Positions 6,481 to 16,965 of a stretch of DNA of 56,537 bases are shown here, in pieces. The notes under the pieces are model-generated. The model was given only the letters and a program-made list of their open reading frames with translations. It was not told where the DNA came from and made no database searches. The number at the start of each line of letters is the position of its first letter. Position 1 is the first letter of the stretch. The DNA is taken from NCBI GenBank assembly GCA_964550035.1, contig CAZJVU010000007.1:1-56537 (forward strand), read 5' to 3'. Position numbers and translations under genes: made by a program. The stretch is from an uncultured Candidatus Saccharibacteria bacterium (lineage in GTDB: Bacteria > Patescibacteriota > Saccharimonadia > Saccharimonadales > EFPC-124).

Positions 6481-6990
6481 ATGACAGCATTGCAGTACGA
6501 CGATCCAGCTGATTCTTTGGAAAGAGAGCCGACTTTTGTAGAGAGGCACGAGGCACCACGCCCGGAAGGAGCAGATGTGGCTCGCGAGACCGTCGAGAAA
6601 GCCGAAGAGGCAGCGCAGTTTATGAACAACCTGAGTGAAAAAGAAGCAAGAAAGCTTGCAGCCCCCGAGCGTGAAAGTAGTCCTCAGCTAGACTGGCCAG
6701 AGGCAGAAGGCGGTCCTGGGGGCGAGATGAGCGAACGTACGTATTTGCTTCGACTAAATTACAGGTTGACGATGGTTGGATTCGCGCTCGATGCAGCGCG
6801 GGGACATCTGGAGTCAGAAGTTGATACCGCCACATGGCTGAAGTTCAAGCAAAGCGTCTTGGCGGCAAAAGGCGATCACGACGCGGCCTCAAAGGTTGGT
6901 AAGGTTATAGATCTTGAGAGTAGAGTAAGGGACTTTGCTTTGAGCCTCGGCACAACAGAAGCAGATTACGACGCTGCACGTACTGATTAG
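6481..6990 (+). CDS. Acidic hypothetical protein (169 aa)
   Basis: ORF with ATG 6481. Glu/Asp/Ala-rich and helical-looking. No motif recognised. Confidence 0.5.
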   Translation: MTALQYDDPADSLEREPTFVERHEAPRPEGADVARETVEKAEEAAQFMNNLSEKEARKLAAPERESSPQLDWPEAEGGPGGEMSERTYLLRLNYRLTMVGFALDAARGHLESEVDTATWLKFKQSVLAAKGDHDAASKVGKVIDLESRVRDFALSLGTTEADYDAARTD

Positions 6991-7085
6991 CGCCTGAGTA
7001 GCTCGACCAACCTACGTGTTTGTGTGCTTGCGAATGACCTCATAGTTGGTTATGCTTAAGGCTAAGAAACATAAGCTTTGAGAGC

Positions 7086-7673
7086 ATGCCTAAACCATCC
7101 AAGAAGAAGTTTTCGCTGAAGGGGAAGAAGAAACAGATCATCACGGTCGTGGTGGTCGTCGTACTTCTAATACTCGCTGGCGGGGCCGGCGTGCTGATGC
7201 AGTGGCTCCAACACAAAGGGAGCAACGGGAATGGTAGCAATAATGCGAACAACAACAGCGGCCTAAATATCGGCGAGAATGGCCTGCCAGTGGACTCATC
7301 TCCGAAGAGCGTCATCGACGCCCAGAACTCTGCAATTAAAGGCAACTACGATCAGTCGAACAAAGAGATTGCCACGAGCATTGCAAATACAGATAATAAT
7401 GACGAAAAGTATGCGTTGTACTTCCAGCAAGGTGTAAACGCCGAGAACCAGCAGAAATGGAACGACGCGCTTAACTCGTACAAGCAAGCCGAGTCTATTA
7501 AGAAAACATGGCAGATCTACTCGGCTATGGGCCGTGTATCAGAGGCGAAGGGCGACAAAACAGCAGCTCGCGATTACTACAAGCAAGCATTGCCGCTTGT
7601 CCCGGCTGATTTACCGCTCCATGATTATAATGTTAATTTCCTTAAAGCAAAGATAACAGAGCTTGGTGGGTAA
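7086..7673 (+). CDS. Membrane-anchored TPR-like protein
   Basis: Basic N-terminus plus a TM segment (IITVVVVVVLLILAGGAGVLM), an Asn/Gly-rich linker, and TPR-like repeats (WNDALNSYKQAESI.., AARDYYKQAL). Confidence 0.6.
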   Translation: MPKPSKKKFSLKGKKKQIITVVVVVVLLILAGGAGVLMQWLQHKGSNGNGSNNANNNSGLNIGENGLPVDSSPKSVIDAQNSAIKGNYDQSNKEIATSIANTDNNDEKYALYFQQGVNAENQQKWNDALNSYKQAESIKKTWQIYSAMGRVSEAKGDKTAARDYYKQALPLVPADLPLHDYNVNFLKAKITELGG

Positions 7674-7680
7674 GTGGGAT

Positions 7681-9885
7681 ATGAAGCACCTCAATAAATT
7701 TCATCTTGCTATCCTGTTGGTGGGCATGGTTGCCTCTTTTCTTGTGGGCTACGCTAAGACCGCCGACGCCTTTCCGGTATATGGACGCGATCAGTACTAT
7801 GGGTACTTCAAGAATGTTCGTGATACTTGGGGTGACAACGTCTGGCACGTCAATGGTCCAGCTGAGCTCGCCATTCCGCTATGGGTTAACAATGCCGATA
7901 CATTTGTAAGCTTCGTGAAGGCCAAGCTTGCCGCCGGTCCAGGGACTCAAGACGGCGTAGGCGCTGCGTTTATTATTCAGACCATGATTGGCTCTGCGCG
8001 TAATCTGCCACCGACGGGCGCACAGGTTACTGACTGGGAATCGCGCGTACGGTATGCGGCGGCCCAGGGGTGGATTAGCTGGAACCAGACAGTGACGTTC
8101 ACGTTGAACAGTTACTATCAGGGTCCTTGTTCTGGGTATGGTTGTGATCAGAGAGCTGGCGACGCCAACCCTAACGACGATGCTTTTTACGATGATAGCC
8201 TCAGCAGCTCCTCGGCTATCGTGTTCCGCAACTCCAGCGGTAACGTCGCCTACATGCTGCGTCACCAGTGTGCAAACCCGATCGGCACGCTTGGGCCTCT
8301 CACGGTAGCGCCACAATATACTATCAACGGTACGTCTACGGTATCTGATGCGACGGTTATTCCAGGGCAAACGATCACCTTCACGCACAAGTTGAGTAAC
8401 TCTGGCCCTGATAATGCGCCGAACGTTAACTACACTGTGTATCAAGATGGCGTAGCCAAAGCGTCGGGTGGGCCGTTCACGCTGGGTGTCACCACTAACA
8501 CGGTGAACACAAACACATTCAAGATTCCGAACAACACGCTGCCGAATACCAAATTCTGCCAGTGGGTTCACTACACGCCAAAGAACCAATTAGGAGGGTC
8601 GGGCGATAGCGCCCAGGTCTGCGCAACGGTCATTGCTGACTTCGAGCTCACGCCGACGGTCACAGCGAGCACAACAGCGGCCCAGCAGAACGATAGCATT
8701 TCGTTCACCTATCAAGTGTTCAATCCTGGACCGACGCCGTCTACCACCACGACATGTAAGATCGTGGGCAATACGCACGGTCCTGGCTATACGCCATTGC
8801 CACAGCAGGACACAGACCGCTCATCGGACGCGGGCTATACGCCGCCATCCACGAGTTGTCCGACAAACTTCCTCGTGCCTGGACCGACAACTGTCGCAAC
8901 CGAGACGGTTGACGTGGGGAACGCTTCGCCAGGCTCGCGTATCTGTCGCTCGCTCGTCGTTGACCCTAAGAACGAAACAGGTGGTCCGCGTGCGAGTGCG
9001 GAAGCCTGTGTCGTCATAGCCAAGACGCCATATGTCCATTTCCAGGGGAATGATGTCTGGGCCGGCGGCGGTTTCGCCGACGTTGCCCCGGCTTGTAATG
9101 CGAGCTCCAAGATCACAACAAGCGCCCATGCGCTAAAAGATGGCTCTGTTGCCGGGTCGGGCGTCGAATACGCCGCCTTTGCACTCGGTAAGATCACGAA
9201 CTTCGGTAGCGCGGGCAGAGCTATTGTGAACCCCGCTGCAGCAGTAGGGAAGATGCTGACATTTAGTAACGTCAACAATAGCAACCTGGGCTTCTATGGC
9301 GCACCTCAGCACTGCATCAATAGCTACGTTGCTACCTACAGTGGTACGCCAATCACAACGCAACCCGGAACGATCGACGTTAACCAAGGGAGCGGTACAT
9401 ATCAAACCAATGGTGCGCACACATTCCATGGCAATGTGCCAAACAAGTCACAGCAGATCTGGCTGGTGAATGGCGATGTCACTATCGATGGCGATATCAA
9501 GTACTCTGACAGCTATGGCGGCCTCGACGACATTCCGTCGCTCGTGATCATCTCAACAGGCAATATATATGTGCAGCATGGCGTGAAGCAGATGGATGGC
9601 TTATTTGTTGCGAAGAGCACATTCAATACATGTAGCGATGCGCCTGCTGGCAACCTGAGCGTCAATGACTGTAAAGATCAGCTGACTATCAACGGCTCGG
9701 TTATAGCCGGCACGCTGACCCTGCTCCGCACGTATGGTGCTGATGGTGGCGACGATGGTGCGCGAAAGAATCCGGCCGAAGTATTCAACTTCAACGCCGA
9801 GATGTATCTGAAGAGCGCGCTGAACGGCTCGAATAGTTCCACGCTCCGAACAGTGGACGAAAAGGATTTGCCGCCGCGGTATTAG
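7681..9885 (+). CDS. Large secreted/surface protein with CARDB/DUF11-like repeats
   Basis: Signal peptide MKHLNKFHLAILLVGMVASFLVGYAKTADA. Repeated Ig-like segments (PGQTITFTHKLSNSGPDNAPNVNYTVY; ISFTYQVFNPGPTPS). Located directly upstream of the pilus operon. Confidence 0.7.
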   Translation: MKHLNKFHLAILLVGMVASFLVGYAKTADAFPVYGRDQYYGYFKNVRDTWGDNVWHVNGPAELAIPLWVNNADTFVSFVKAKLAAGPGTQDGVGAAFIIQTMIGSARNLPPTGAQVTDWESRVRYAAAQGWISWNQTVTFTLNSYYQGPCSGYGCDQRAGDANPNDDAFYDDSLSSSSAIVFRNSSGNVAYMLRHQCANPIGTLGPLTVAPQYTINGTSTVSDATVIPGQTITFTHKLSNSGPDNAPNVNYTVYQDGVAKASGGPFTLGVTTNTVNTNTFKIPNNTLPNTKFCQWVHYTPKNQLGGSGDSAQVCATVIADFELTPTVTASTTAAQQNDSISFTYQVFNPGPTPSTTTTCKIVGNTHGPGYTPLPQQDTDRSSDAGYTPPSTSCPTNFLVPGPTTVATETVDVGNASPGSRICRSLVVDPKNETGGPRASAEACVVIAKTPYVHFQGNDVWAGGGFADVAPACNASSKITTSAHALKDGSVAGSGVEYAAFALGKITNFGSAGRAIVNPAAAVGKMLTFSNVNNSNLGFYGAPQHCINSYVATYSGTPITTQPGTIDVNQGSGTYQTNGAHTFHGNVPNKSQQIWLVNGDVTIDGDIKYSDSYGGLDDIPSLVIISTGNIYVQHGVKQMDGLFVAKSTFNTCSDAPAGNLSVNDCKDQLTINGSVIAGTLTLLRTYGADGGDDGARKNPAEVFNFNAEMYLKSALNGSNSSTLRTVDEKDLPPRY

Positions 9886-9893
9886 GCAGATAG

Positions 9894-10019
9894 CTGAGAG
9901 CGTAGCTTCCTTCTGCTTAGAACGTCCTCGCGTCAGGTTTTCTCTGGTTCGCTATCGCTCACGTCATGAGAAAACGCTGGCTGCGGATTGTTCTGCACAG
10001 AAGGAAGCTACACTCTCAG
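9894..10019. repeat. 126-nt long imperfect palindrome between the surface-protein gene and pilM
   Basis: Outer arms CTGAGAGCGTAGCTTCCTTCTGC / GCACAGAAGGAAGCTACACTCTCAG, inner arms GTTTTCTC / GAGAAAAC, and a 23-nt loop. Confidence 0.8.
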
Positions 10020-10068
10020 CGAAAGCCCTATACACGCAAGCTGCTTATGCTATATAATCGGAGGCAGT

Positions 10069-11109
10069 ATGAAGCTTTTTAGTTCGGTGGGCGAATTCTT
10101 CGCGTTAGACATAGGCACGACGGCAATCCGGGTTGTTCAGCTCAAGCAGAGCGGCGACGCCTGGAACCTCGTGAAGTACGGATCAGCACCTGTAGACATC
10201 AAGGTAGCCAGTAGCGACGCGCCAGAGGACCAGAAACGCCTCGGTGACGTTATTACCAACCTCATCTCTCAGACAGGCATCACTGAGCGCAACGTTGTGG
10301 TCGGAGTTCCGTCCAGCAAGATGTTCGCGACAGTTGTCGATCTGCCAAACCTTCCGCAGCAAGAACTCGCCAGCACTATCAAATACCAGGCAGAACAGTT
10401 TATTCCTATGAGCATCGACGAAGCCAAGATTGACTGGGCTGTGCTCGGGAAATCTCTTCGCGATCCTCAGAAGAACGAAGTGCTCCTCGCAAGCGTTGCC
10501 AACAAGTTCAGCGAAGCGCGCCTCGACCTCGTCGAGAGCGTGGGGTTGAATGTTGTGGCTCTAGAGCCAGACTCACTCGCGCTTGTTCGGGCGCTTGTAC
10601 CGCCAACAAACCAAGATGCGATGATGATCATCGACTTCGGCGACTTCAGTACCGACATCGTAGCGGTACTAGGCGGTTCGCCGCGCTTGATTCGTTCGAT
10701 TCCGGTCGGCCTCCAGACGCTCATTAAGGCCGCGACCCAGAATCTCAATATCGACGTTAACCAAGCCAACCAGTTCATCATGAAATTCGGCCTGCACCCT
10801 GACCGTCTAGAAGGGCAGATTCTCAAATCGCTCGATGCGACGCTCGATCAGTTCGTCGTTGAGATAAACAAGTCGGTGAAATTCTTCCAGTCACGCTATC
10901 CAAATGTATCGCTTCGTTACCTCATGCTTTCAGGCTACACGCTCAGTATCCCTGCCTTTGGTGAGTACATTGCCGGCAAGACGGGCATTCAGACTGTAGC
11001 TGGTAACTCGTGGGGGAATGTACGATACAGCCCGAACCTACGGGATAACCTCATGCAGGTCGCGCCGCAATTTGGTGTTGCCGTTGGCCTGGCGGAGAGG
11101 ACGCTCTAG
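10069..11109 (+). CDS. pilM: Type IV pilus assembly ATPase-like protein PilM
   Basis: Actin-like fold start FFALDIGTTAIRVVQL. RBS GGAGG. ATG 10069 chosen over the upstream extension. Confidence 0.85.
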   Translation: MKLFSSVGEFFALDIGTTAIRVVQLKQSGDAWNLVKYGSAPVDIKVASSDAPEDQKRLGDVITNLISQTGITERNVVVGVPSSKMFATVVDLPNLPQQELASTIKYQAEQFIPMSIDEAKIDWAVLGKSLRDPQKNEVLLASVANKFSEARLDLVESVGLNVVALEPDSLALVRALVPPTNQDAMMIIDFGDFSTDIVAVLGGSPRLIRSIPVGLQTLIKAATQNLNIDVNQANQFIMKFGLHPDRLEGQILKSLDATLDQFVVEINKSVKFFQSRYPNVSLRYLMLSGYTLSIPAFGEYIAGKTGIQTVAGNSWGNVRYSPNLRDNLMQVAPQFGVAVGLAERTL

Positions 11110-11805
11110 ATGATTCAGCTAAACCTTCTCCCAGACATCAAGAAAGAATACATCAACGCGCAGAAGACCAGGGCGCTGGTAATGAGCACGTCTATCGTTG
11201 TGACGCTTGTAGCGGTTGGCTTGAGTGTTCTGCTGTTCGTCTACGTGACGTTCCTGCAGCAGCTGCAGATCACGCTCGCCACCAACGACATCAAGAGCAA
11301 GGAGCAGCAGCTCAACGGTGTTCAGGACCTGAGCAAGTACCTCACGATTCAGAACCAGTTGGCCGCACTGCCTGACCTGCATGCAAATAAGGGCGTCTAC
11401 TCACGACTCCTGAGCTTCTTGCCGGTGCTGAATCCGAACTCACCAAACAATGTCGCGCTCTCGCGCCTCCAGCTTGCCTCGAATGACAAGTCGGTCGTGT
11501 TTACTGGTACGACGGCGTCATTCGAAAGCCTTAACGTCTTTGTGGACACCCTGCGCAACGCTCAAGTCACCTACAAGGATTCGAGCGGCCAGCAAGAAAC
11601 CTCTAAGATGTTCGAAACAGTATTTGTGCAGAATAGCGCTATCGACAAGAGCAATGGCAAGTCCAACGTCAGCTTCACCGTGCAGGTGACATATGTCGAT
11701 GCCGTGTTTGACGCGCATAACACCGAACCGGCTGCTTCTGTGCCAAACATCAAGACATCACAGTCAGTTACCGAGAGCCCTAAGCTATTCGGAGGGAGTC
11801 AGTAA
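11110..11805 (+). CDS. pilN: PilN-like pilus assembly protein
   Basis: MIQLNLLPD start, a single TM and a coiled coil. The start abuts the pilM stop. Confidence 0.7.
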   Translation: MIQLNLLPDIKKEYINAQKTRALVMSTSIVVTLVAVGLSVLLFVYVTFLQQLQITLATNDIKSKEQQLNGVQDLSKYLTIQNQLAALPDLHANKGVYSRLLSFLPVLNPNSPNNVALSRLQLASNDKSVVFTGTTASFESLNVFVDTLRNAQVTYKDSSGQQETSKMFETVFVQNSAIDKSNGKSNVSFTVQVTYVDAVFDAHNTEPAASVPNIKTSQSVTESPKLFGGSQ

Positions 11806-12545
11806 TGGCAGAGAAAAAAGTACAAGCAAAGAATCCAAGTGGCGGCCTCAAGAAACGCCAGCAGATTGAGAACGCAGGTCGCTCGATGTTTATCTGGGTG
11901 GCGATCGCTTCGGTGGCTGTATCGATTTGTATCGTGACGGCACAGTTCCTCTTCCAGAAGTGGACATACAACAACCGAGTGCTCGACGCAAAGTATAAAG
12001 CCGCCGAACAGCTCAAGAAGAACATTACCAACGCCAAGCAGCTCCAAGACGCTGTGAATGCACTGGTCAGCAACGACGATCTGGCGTCGGTAAAGACCAA
12101 CACCGACGACCCGAATACCCAGAGCGTGCTCGACGCATTACCAAGCAGGTTTGATTCAACAGCGCTGGCGACATCATTCCAGCAGGTCATCCTGAAGCAT
12201 TCGGGCGTCACCGTCGAAGGCATCAGCGTGCCGAGTGATCAAGACCCCTCAGCATCAGCAAATGCTGGAGCAACCGGAGGCGCGCCTACAACGGCAAATC
12301 CAACCTCAACCAAGACCCCTGGCACCGCCACGACACCACAAGAGATGAGATTTACGCTGACGGTAAGTGGCAGCTACGACAAGATCCGCAACATGTTCTT
12401 GGACCTCGAGCGTACCATTCGCCCGATGAAGCTGACTGCTGTCGACCTCAGCGGTGATGACGCCAACATGACGGCAACTATTGGCGGCGTAACGTACTAC
12501 CAGCCGAGCAAGTCTGCAAATATCAAGCAGGAGGTGGTGAAGTAA
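11805..12545 (+). CDS. pilO: PilO-like pilus assembly protein
   Basis: Single TM and coiled coil, at the PilO position. TAATG overlap with pilN. Confidence 0.55.
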   Translation: MAEKKVQAKNPSGGLKKRQQIENAGRSMFIWVAIASVAVSICIVTAQFLFQKWTYNNRVLDAKYKAAEQLKKNITNAKQLQDAVNALVSNDDLASVKTNTDDPNTQSVLDALPSRFDSTALATSFQQVILKHSGVTVEGISVPSDQDPSASANAGATGGAPTTANPTSTKTPGTATTPQEMRFTLTVSGSYDKIRNMFLDLERTIRPMKLTAVDLSGDDANMTATIGGVTYYQPSKSANIKQEVVK

Positions 12546-12787
12546 TGAAAAAGAATGACATCGCATTGATCGTTCTGATCGTCTCGGTGAGCCTTGTGGT
12601 GACGTACTTTGTGGTCAAGGCTATCGTTGGTGACCCCAAGAAGCAAGAGGTGACCGCCGAGGTCGTTGAGCCCATCACGCCCAACCTCACCCAACCATCG
12701 AACAAGATCTTTAACCGTGATGCGATCAACCCAACTGTGGTTATCCAGATCGGTAATCCATCGAACCAACAACCATTTGGACAATAA
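12545..12787 (+). CDS. Small single-pass membrane protein in the pilus operon
   Basis: 80 aa. TM segment IALIVLIVSVSLVVTYFVV. TAATG overlap with the upstream gene. Confidence 0.5.
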   Translation: MKKNDIALIVLIVSVSLVVTYFVVKAIVGDPKKQEVTAEVVEPITPNLTQPSNKIFNRDAINPTVVIQIGNPSNQQPFGQ

Positions 12788-12799
12788 GGAGGCTCGGTC

Positions 12800-14581
12800 G
12801 TGAGCATCCTCACCGACGAAAATCAGAAAAAGCTCGAAGCCCTTCTCGTAAAAGAAGGACTGGTTAAGAAGGCGCAGCTCGCAAAGTACCACGATCAAGC
12901 GGTGCAGAGCGGGCAGCCGCTTTTTGGTATGCTCGTCGATGAGAAGGTTATCAGCAACGAAGAGCTAACCAAGGCGATTGCGACGGTATCGGGCGTGCCT
13001 TATGTCAATTTGAGCGCTGCACAGGTAGACGTGCGTGTGCTCGATCTGCTGCCACGCGATGTTGCCGAGCGTTTTATGGCGGTGCCGCTCGGGGAAGTGC
13101 AGAACCGGCTCGCCGTCGCGATGCTGGATGCCAACAATGTCCAGGCCGTCGACTATCTGTCGAACAAGATTAACCGCCCGCTGAAAGTCTACATGGCATC
13201 AGAAGAAGGTGTCCGCCACATTCTGGAGCAATATCACACCAACCTCGTGGAAGGCGTAAACGCAGCGGTCACGGCAGTACAAACAGAGGAAGCCGCCGAG
13301 CGCCAAGCTAAAGGCGGAGCTGCTGACATCAAAACCATCGTCCAGGACTCGCCAATCAGCCGAGCACTGAGCACGATCATGGAATACGCCGCCCGCGCTC
13401 GTGCATCTGACATCCACATCGAACCACTCGAGACGAGCCTGCGCATTCGCTGTCGTATCGATGGCGTACTCCGCGAGATTATGAAACTGCCGAAGTCTAT
13501 AGAGCCAGCGCTCATCTCGCGTATCAAGATCTTGAGCAACCTCAAGATCGACGAACACCGCATTCCGCAGGACGGCCAGTTCGCCATCCACGTAGCAGGC
13601 AAGGATATTGACCTTCGTATCGCCATTAGCCCGGTTGTGTGGGGTGAGCAGGTGATTATTCGTTTGCTCGACAAAACAGGTACGAACTTTCACCTCGAGG
13701 ACATGGGGTATGCTGGCCGTGCGCTCCGCACTATCCGTGCGGGTATTAAGAAGCCAAACGGCATGGTACTCACCAGCGGCCCAACCGGTTCTGGTAAGTC
13801 GACCTCGCTGTACGCGCTCGTGCAAGAGATCAAAAGCGACGCGATCAATATCGTCACGCTCGAAGACCCAGTCGAATACAAGATGGAAGGCGTCAATCAG
13901 ATCCAGGTGAACCCTGACGTTGGCCTGACATTTGCCACTGGCCTCCGGTCTATCTTGCGTCAAGACCCGAACGTTGTGCTCGTGGGTGAGATTCGCGACG
14001 CCGAAACCGCAAACTTAGCGGTGCAGGCTGCACTGACCGGACACCTGGTGTTCAGCACGCTCCATACCAACTCGGCAGCCGGTGTGTTGCCGCGATTGCT
14101 CGATATGGGTATCGAACCGTTCTTGATCGCCAGTACAGTTAATACGGTTATTGGTCAGCGCCTGGTGCGCCGTGTTTCTGAAGAAAAAGAAACCTACCAG
14201 AGTAATGACCTGGAAACAAAAAGTATTCAGGACACACTAGGCCACTTGCTCCCGCGCGACAAAGCGAGTGTGGCGCAAGTCTCGGCCGACCTTGGCTACA
14301 AAGACTTGCCCCTGGCCGGTCAAAAAGCTTATACTTTGGTCAAGGGAACAGACACAGCAGCCACGCCAGGAGGCTACAAGGGCCGTGTCGGACTCTACGA
14401 GGTCATGGACGTCAGTGAAGAAATCCAAGGCCTCATCGTCAAGCACGCGACCAGCGCTGAGATTCAAAATATGGCAATGCAGCAGGGGATGGTAACGATG
14501 CGACAAGATGGTTACCTCAAGGCCTTGCAGGGTCTGACTACACTAGAAGAAGTAAATCGCGTCGCCGCGAACATGGCATAA
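12800..14581 (+). CDS. pilB: Type IV pilus extension ATPase PilB (GspE family)
   Basis: Walker A SGPTGSGKST and Walker B VVLVGEIRD, plus GspE N-terminal domains. GTG start 7 nt after AGGAGG. Confidence 0.92.
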   Translation: MSILTDENQKKLEALLVKEGLVKKAQLAKYHDQAVQSGQPLFGMLVDEKVISNEELTKAIATVSGVPYVNLSAAQVDVRVLDLLPRDVAERFMAVPLGEVQNRLAVAMLDANNVQAVDYLSNKINRPLKVYMASEEGVRHILEQYHTNLVEGVNAAVTAVQTEEAAERQAKGGAADIKTIVQDSPISRALSTIMEYAARARASDIHIEPLETSLRIRCRIDGVLREIMKLPKSIEPALISRIKILSNLKIDEHRIPQDGQFAIHVAGKDIDLRIAISPVVWGEQVIIRLLDKTGTNFHLEDMGYAGRALRTIRAGIKKPNGMVLTSGPTGSGKSTSLYALVQEIKSDAINIVTLEDPVEYKMEGVNQIQVNPDVGLTFATGLRSILRQDPNVVLVGEIRDAETANLAVQAALTGHLVFSTLHTNSAAGVLPRLLDMGIEPFLIASTVNTVIGQRLVRRVSEEKETYQSNDLETKSIQDTLGHLLPRDKASVAQVSADLGYKDLPLAGQKAYTLVKGTDTAATPGGYKGRVGLYEVMDVSEEIQGLIVKHATSAEIQNMAMQQGMVTMRQDGYLKALQGLTTLEEVNRVAANMA

Positions 14582-14602
14582 TACAGAAGTAAGGGTGAGC
14601 AC

Positions 14603-15682
14603 ATGGCAACAACAGGATCGCAAGAACTACGAATCGAAATCCTCCTCGAAGAGGTTATTAGAAAGCGCGCCAGTGACCTCCACTTGCAGGTCAGCCTGCC
14701 GCCAATGCTCCGTATCGATGGCAAGCTGGCGCCGATCGCCGGCTACGGTCCGCTCAACGAAGAGCACGTGGAGACACTCATCTTCGCTATCCTGGACGAA
14801 GAACAGAAGCAGATTCTGCTGAAAGACAAAGAGTTCGACTTTAGCTTCGCCTTTGGTGACCTGGGGCGATTCCGTGTGAACGCCTTCCACGAGCGCGGTA
14901 ACCTTGCTGCAGCTCTTCGATTGATTCCGAACGAGATCAAGACGATTGCCGAGCTTGGTCTGCCGCCGATAGTGAACACATTTGCGAACTACCCACGCGG
15001 TTTGGTTCTGGTAACCGGGCCGACTGGTTCAGGCAAATCAACCACGCTTTCGGCGCTGATCGATCAGATCAATAACGAGAAAGCACACCACATTATCACC
15101 ATCGAAGACCCAATCGAATTCACGCACAAATCCAAGCAGTCGGTGATCGTCCAACGCGAAGTACACTACGACACGTATAGCTTCTCGGCGGCACTCCGCT
15201 CATCACTGCGTGAAGACCCCGATGTCGTGCTCATCGGTGAGATGCGCGACCTCGAGACTATCTCTGCGGCCATTACCATTGCCGAGACCGGACACTTGGT
15301 CTTTGCGACGCTTCACACCAACAGTGCAGCGCAATCCATCGACCGTATGATCGATGTCTTTCCGCCACACCAACAGCCGCAGATTCGCTCGCAGCTGGCA
15401 AATATCCTGATGGCCATCTGTTCGCAACGACTTGTACCCGCGATCGGCGGCGGACGCATTGCTGCGGCTGAGATCCTTATCGCAAACCCTGCTGTTCGTA
15501 ATATTGTTCGCGAGGGCAAGGCTCATCAGCTCGACGCTGTTATCCAGACGGGTGGCGACCAAGGCATGCAGTCGATGGACAAGACACTCGTCAACCTCGT
15601 ACAGGCCGGAACGATTACCTACGACGAAGCTCGCAACTATGCTGTCGATATGAGTGAATTTGAACGGATGATGAGGGGTTAG
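14603..15682 (+). CDS. pilT: Twitching-motility retraction ATPase PilT
   Basis: GPTGSGKSTT, VVLIGEMRD, and a PilT-type length (359 aa). Confidence 0.92.
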   Translation: MATTGSQELRIEILLEEVIRKRASDLHLQVSLPPMLRIDGKLAPIAGYGPLNEEHVETLIFAILDEEQKQILLKDKEFDFSFAFGDLGRFRVNAFHERGNLAAALRLIPNEIKTIAELGLPPIVNTFANYPRGLVLVTGPTGSGKSTTLSALIDQINNEKAHHIITIEDPIEFTHKSKQSVIVQREVHYDTYSFSAALRSSLREDPDVVLIGEMRDLETISAAITIAETGHLVFATLHTNSAAQSIDRMIDVFPPHQQPQIRSQLANILMAICSQRLVPAIGGGRIAAAEILIANPAVRNIVREGKAHQLDAVIQTGGDQGMQSMDKTLVNLVQAGTITYDEARNYAVDMSEFERMMRG

Positions 15683-15688
15683 CGCCAC

Positions 15689-16900
15689 ATGCTGACATTT
15701 GTATACACCGCTCGCGACACGAGCACCAACAAGGTTATTCATTCGACCGTTCAGGCCGAGAGTGAGCGTGCTGCCGCCAAGCTTCTGATGGGTCAGGGGA
15801 TTATTCCTCTCGAGATTGTCGAAGAAGGCAAGAAGGGAAACTTCCTGAACAAGCTCACAAATCGTGTACGAGCCAAAGACCGGATTATTTTTACCCGTCA
15901 GCTTGCGACGCTCATCAACGCGGGGCTGCCGCTCGCACAGAGTCTTCGAACGCTGTCGGCGCAGACCGAGAATAAAGCTATGATTGGTGTCATCACCGAC
16001 ATCATTACGTCCATCGAAGGTGGTAGCAGCTTGTCTCAGGCTTTTGGTAAGCACCCTGAAGTGTTCGACGAAGTGTATCTGGCGTTGATTGCTGCCGGTG
16101 AAGCATCAGGTACGCTCGACCAAGCGCTCGAGCGCATTGCCAACCAGCAAGAGAAGGATGCCGAGCTGATCGGTAAAGTCCGTGGCGCCATGGTGTATCC
16201 AGGCATTGTGTTGACGGTAATCCTGGGTGTAATTGGTTTCATGCTCTTTACGGTCATGCCGCAGATCCAGCGCCTGTACCATGACCTCAAGAAGACGCTT
16301 CCGTGGACCACGCAGATTATGGTGGATACCGCAAACTTTGTGGCCGCATTTTGGCCCCTCGTCATTTTCTTCATAGCAGTAGGTATTTACTTCCTGCGCC
16401 GCTACGTGAAGACAGATAACGGTAGGGAAGTGCTCGACACGTTCAAGATCCGTTTGCCATTGTTTGGCTCGATGTTCATGAAGCTCTACATGGCGCGCTT
16501 TGCACGCACAGGGCAGACACTGCTGAGCACGGGCGTGCCAATGCTCGAGATGATGCGTATTAGCTCACGTGCGGTGAACAACCGTGTCATCAGCCACTCG
16601 CTCGATAAAGCCGCCGACAAAGTGAAGGGCGGTAAAGCCCTCAGTGTCGCCCTGAAAGACGACGATAACATTTTGCCGCTCGTACCACAGATGATCGGCA
16701 TCGGTGAGCAGTCTGGCGGCATCGACAAGATGATGGGCAAGGCAGCGAGCTACTATGAAGACGAGCTCGACAACACCATTCGCTCAATCAGTACGGCCAT
16801 CGAGCCGATCCTTATGGTCTGCTTGGCGGTTGTGGCTGGATTTATGGTTGCGGCGATTCTGCTTCCGGTCTACAGCCTGGTCGACACCTCGGCTTTGTAG
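15689..16900 (+). CDS. pilC: Pilus platform protein PilC (GspF family)
   Basis: Two GspF repeats (FTRQLATLINAGLPL.., FARTGQTLLSTGVPM..) and three TM segments. Confidence 0.9.
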   Translation: MLTFVYTARDTSTNKVIHSTVQAESERAAAKLLMGQGIIPLEIVEEGKKGNFLNKLTNRVRAKDRIIFTRQLATLINAGLPLAQSLRTLSAQTENKAMIGVITDIITSIEGGSSLSQAFGKHPEVFDEVYLALIAAGEASGTLDQALERIANQQEKDAELIGKVRGAMVYPGIVLTVILGVIGFMLFTVMPQIQRLYHDLKKTLPWTTQIMVDTANFVAAFWPLVIFFIAVGIYFLRRYVKTDNGREVLDTFKIRLPLFGSMFMKLYMARFARTGQTLLSTGVPMLEMMRISSRAVNNRVISHSLDKAADKVKGGKALSVALKDDDNILPLVPQMIGIGEQSGGIDKMMGKAASYYEDELDNTIRSISTAIEPILMVCLAVVAGFMVAAILLPVYSLVDTSAL

Positions 16901-16965
16901 GAACCAGCCACCTCGTGATAGGTTGAAGGAGGCAGTTGTTTACTTCTTGAGACAGGAGGCTCTTT

